Both the position numbers and the translations under genes were made by a program. From contig OZ038379.1 of assembly GCA_964036045.1 (NCBI GenBank), positions 74,834,001 through 74,898,000 on the forward strand: a stretch of 64,000 bases of DNA, written 5' to 3'. Below the pieces are notes generated by a model. It was not told the DNA's origin. It worked only from the letters and a program-made list of their open reading frames with translations, and searched no databases. Of this stretch, positions 63,761 to 64,000 are shown one piece after another (positions within the stretch are counted from its first letter, which is position 1; every line of letters starts with the position of its first letter). Origin of the DNA: Eutreptiella sp. 'Long Island Sound 2002'. Lineage: Eukaryota > Protista > Euglenida.

Positions 63761-64000
63761 GCATATATTATGCTACAGAATTCAACTATATAAAAATAAA
63801 TGCCAAATAAAAACACGTAACGGCGGCTATTGGCCGCCTCCAGTCACTCTCCTGATGCAAAATTGCATCATTTGCGTGGACTTCGCGCTATGCGCCAGAA
63901 GCCTTCGCGACGCTAAGCTCTGCTACAAAAATGCAAACGCGGGGATCGTTACCGATTCCGCTTCGCTTTATATAGTTAAATTCTGTAGCATAATATATGC
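63761..64000. mobile_element. MITE with approx. 34-bp terminal inverted repeats
   Basis: GCATATATTATGCTACAGAATTCAACTATATAAA (63761-63794) versus the reverse complement of 63967-64000, 1 mismatch. The window ends in the right TIR, so no TSD can be checked. Confidence 0.8.

Overview
Repeat-dense eukaryotic DNA with no recognisable intact host gene. A 26-nt string at 54009-54034 matches the Euglena-type spliced leader (SL) exon as I recall it, so the source is probably a euglenid. Left to right: a decayed gypsy chromodomain scrap, a MITE-like element and a degenerate satellite (1-8.5 kb); a decayed minus-strand L1/Tx1-like LINE whose internal 1.8-kb segment is amplified five times (8777-19167), two units carrying a poly(A)-tailed retrocopy with a 21-bp TSD and an unknown 272-aa ORF; further LINE debris and G/T-rich low-complexity DNA (21-28 kb); a decayed DDE transposase with RAG1/Transib-like motif spacing (28453-30622, minus); an RNase H fragment and a Cys-rich pseudogene (30.8-34.3 kb); a 65-bp satellite fused to a chromodomain integrase fragment (36.5-39.5 kb); and two related Ty3/gypsy elements (A, 41.7-50.3 kb, decayed; B, 54.0-63.0 kb, one reading frame with five stops). 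Both gypsy elements carry a Dam/DIRS-type adenine methyltransferase-like domain between protease and RT. Element B has no 5' LTR and begins with the SL exon. All protein assignments come from motif recognition by eye; no searches were run.
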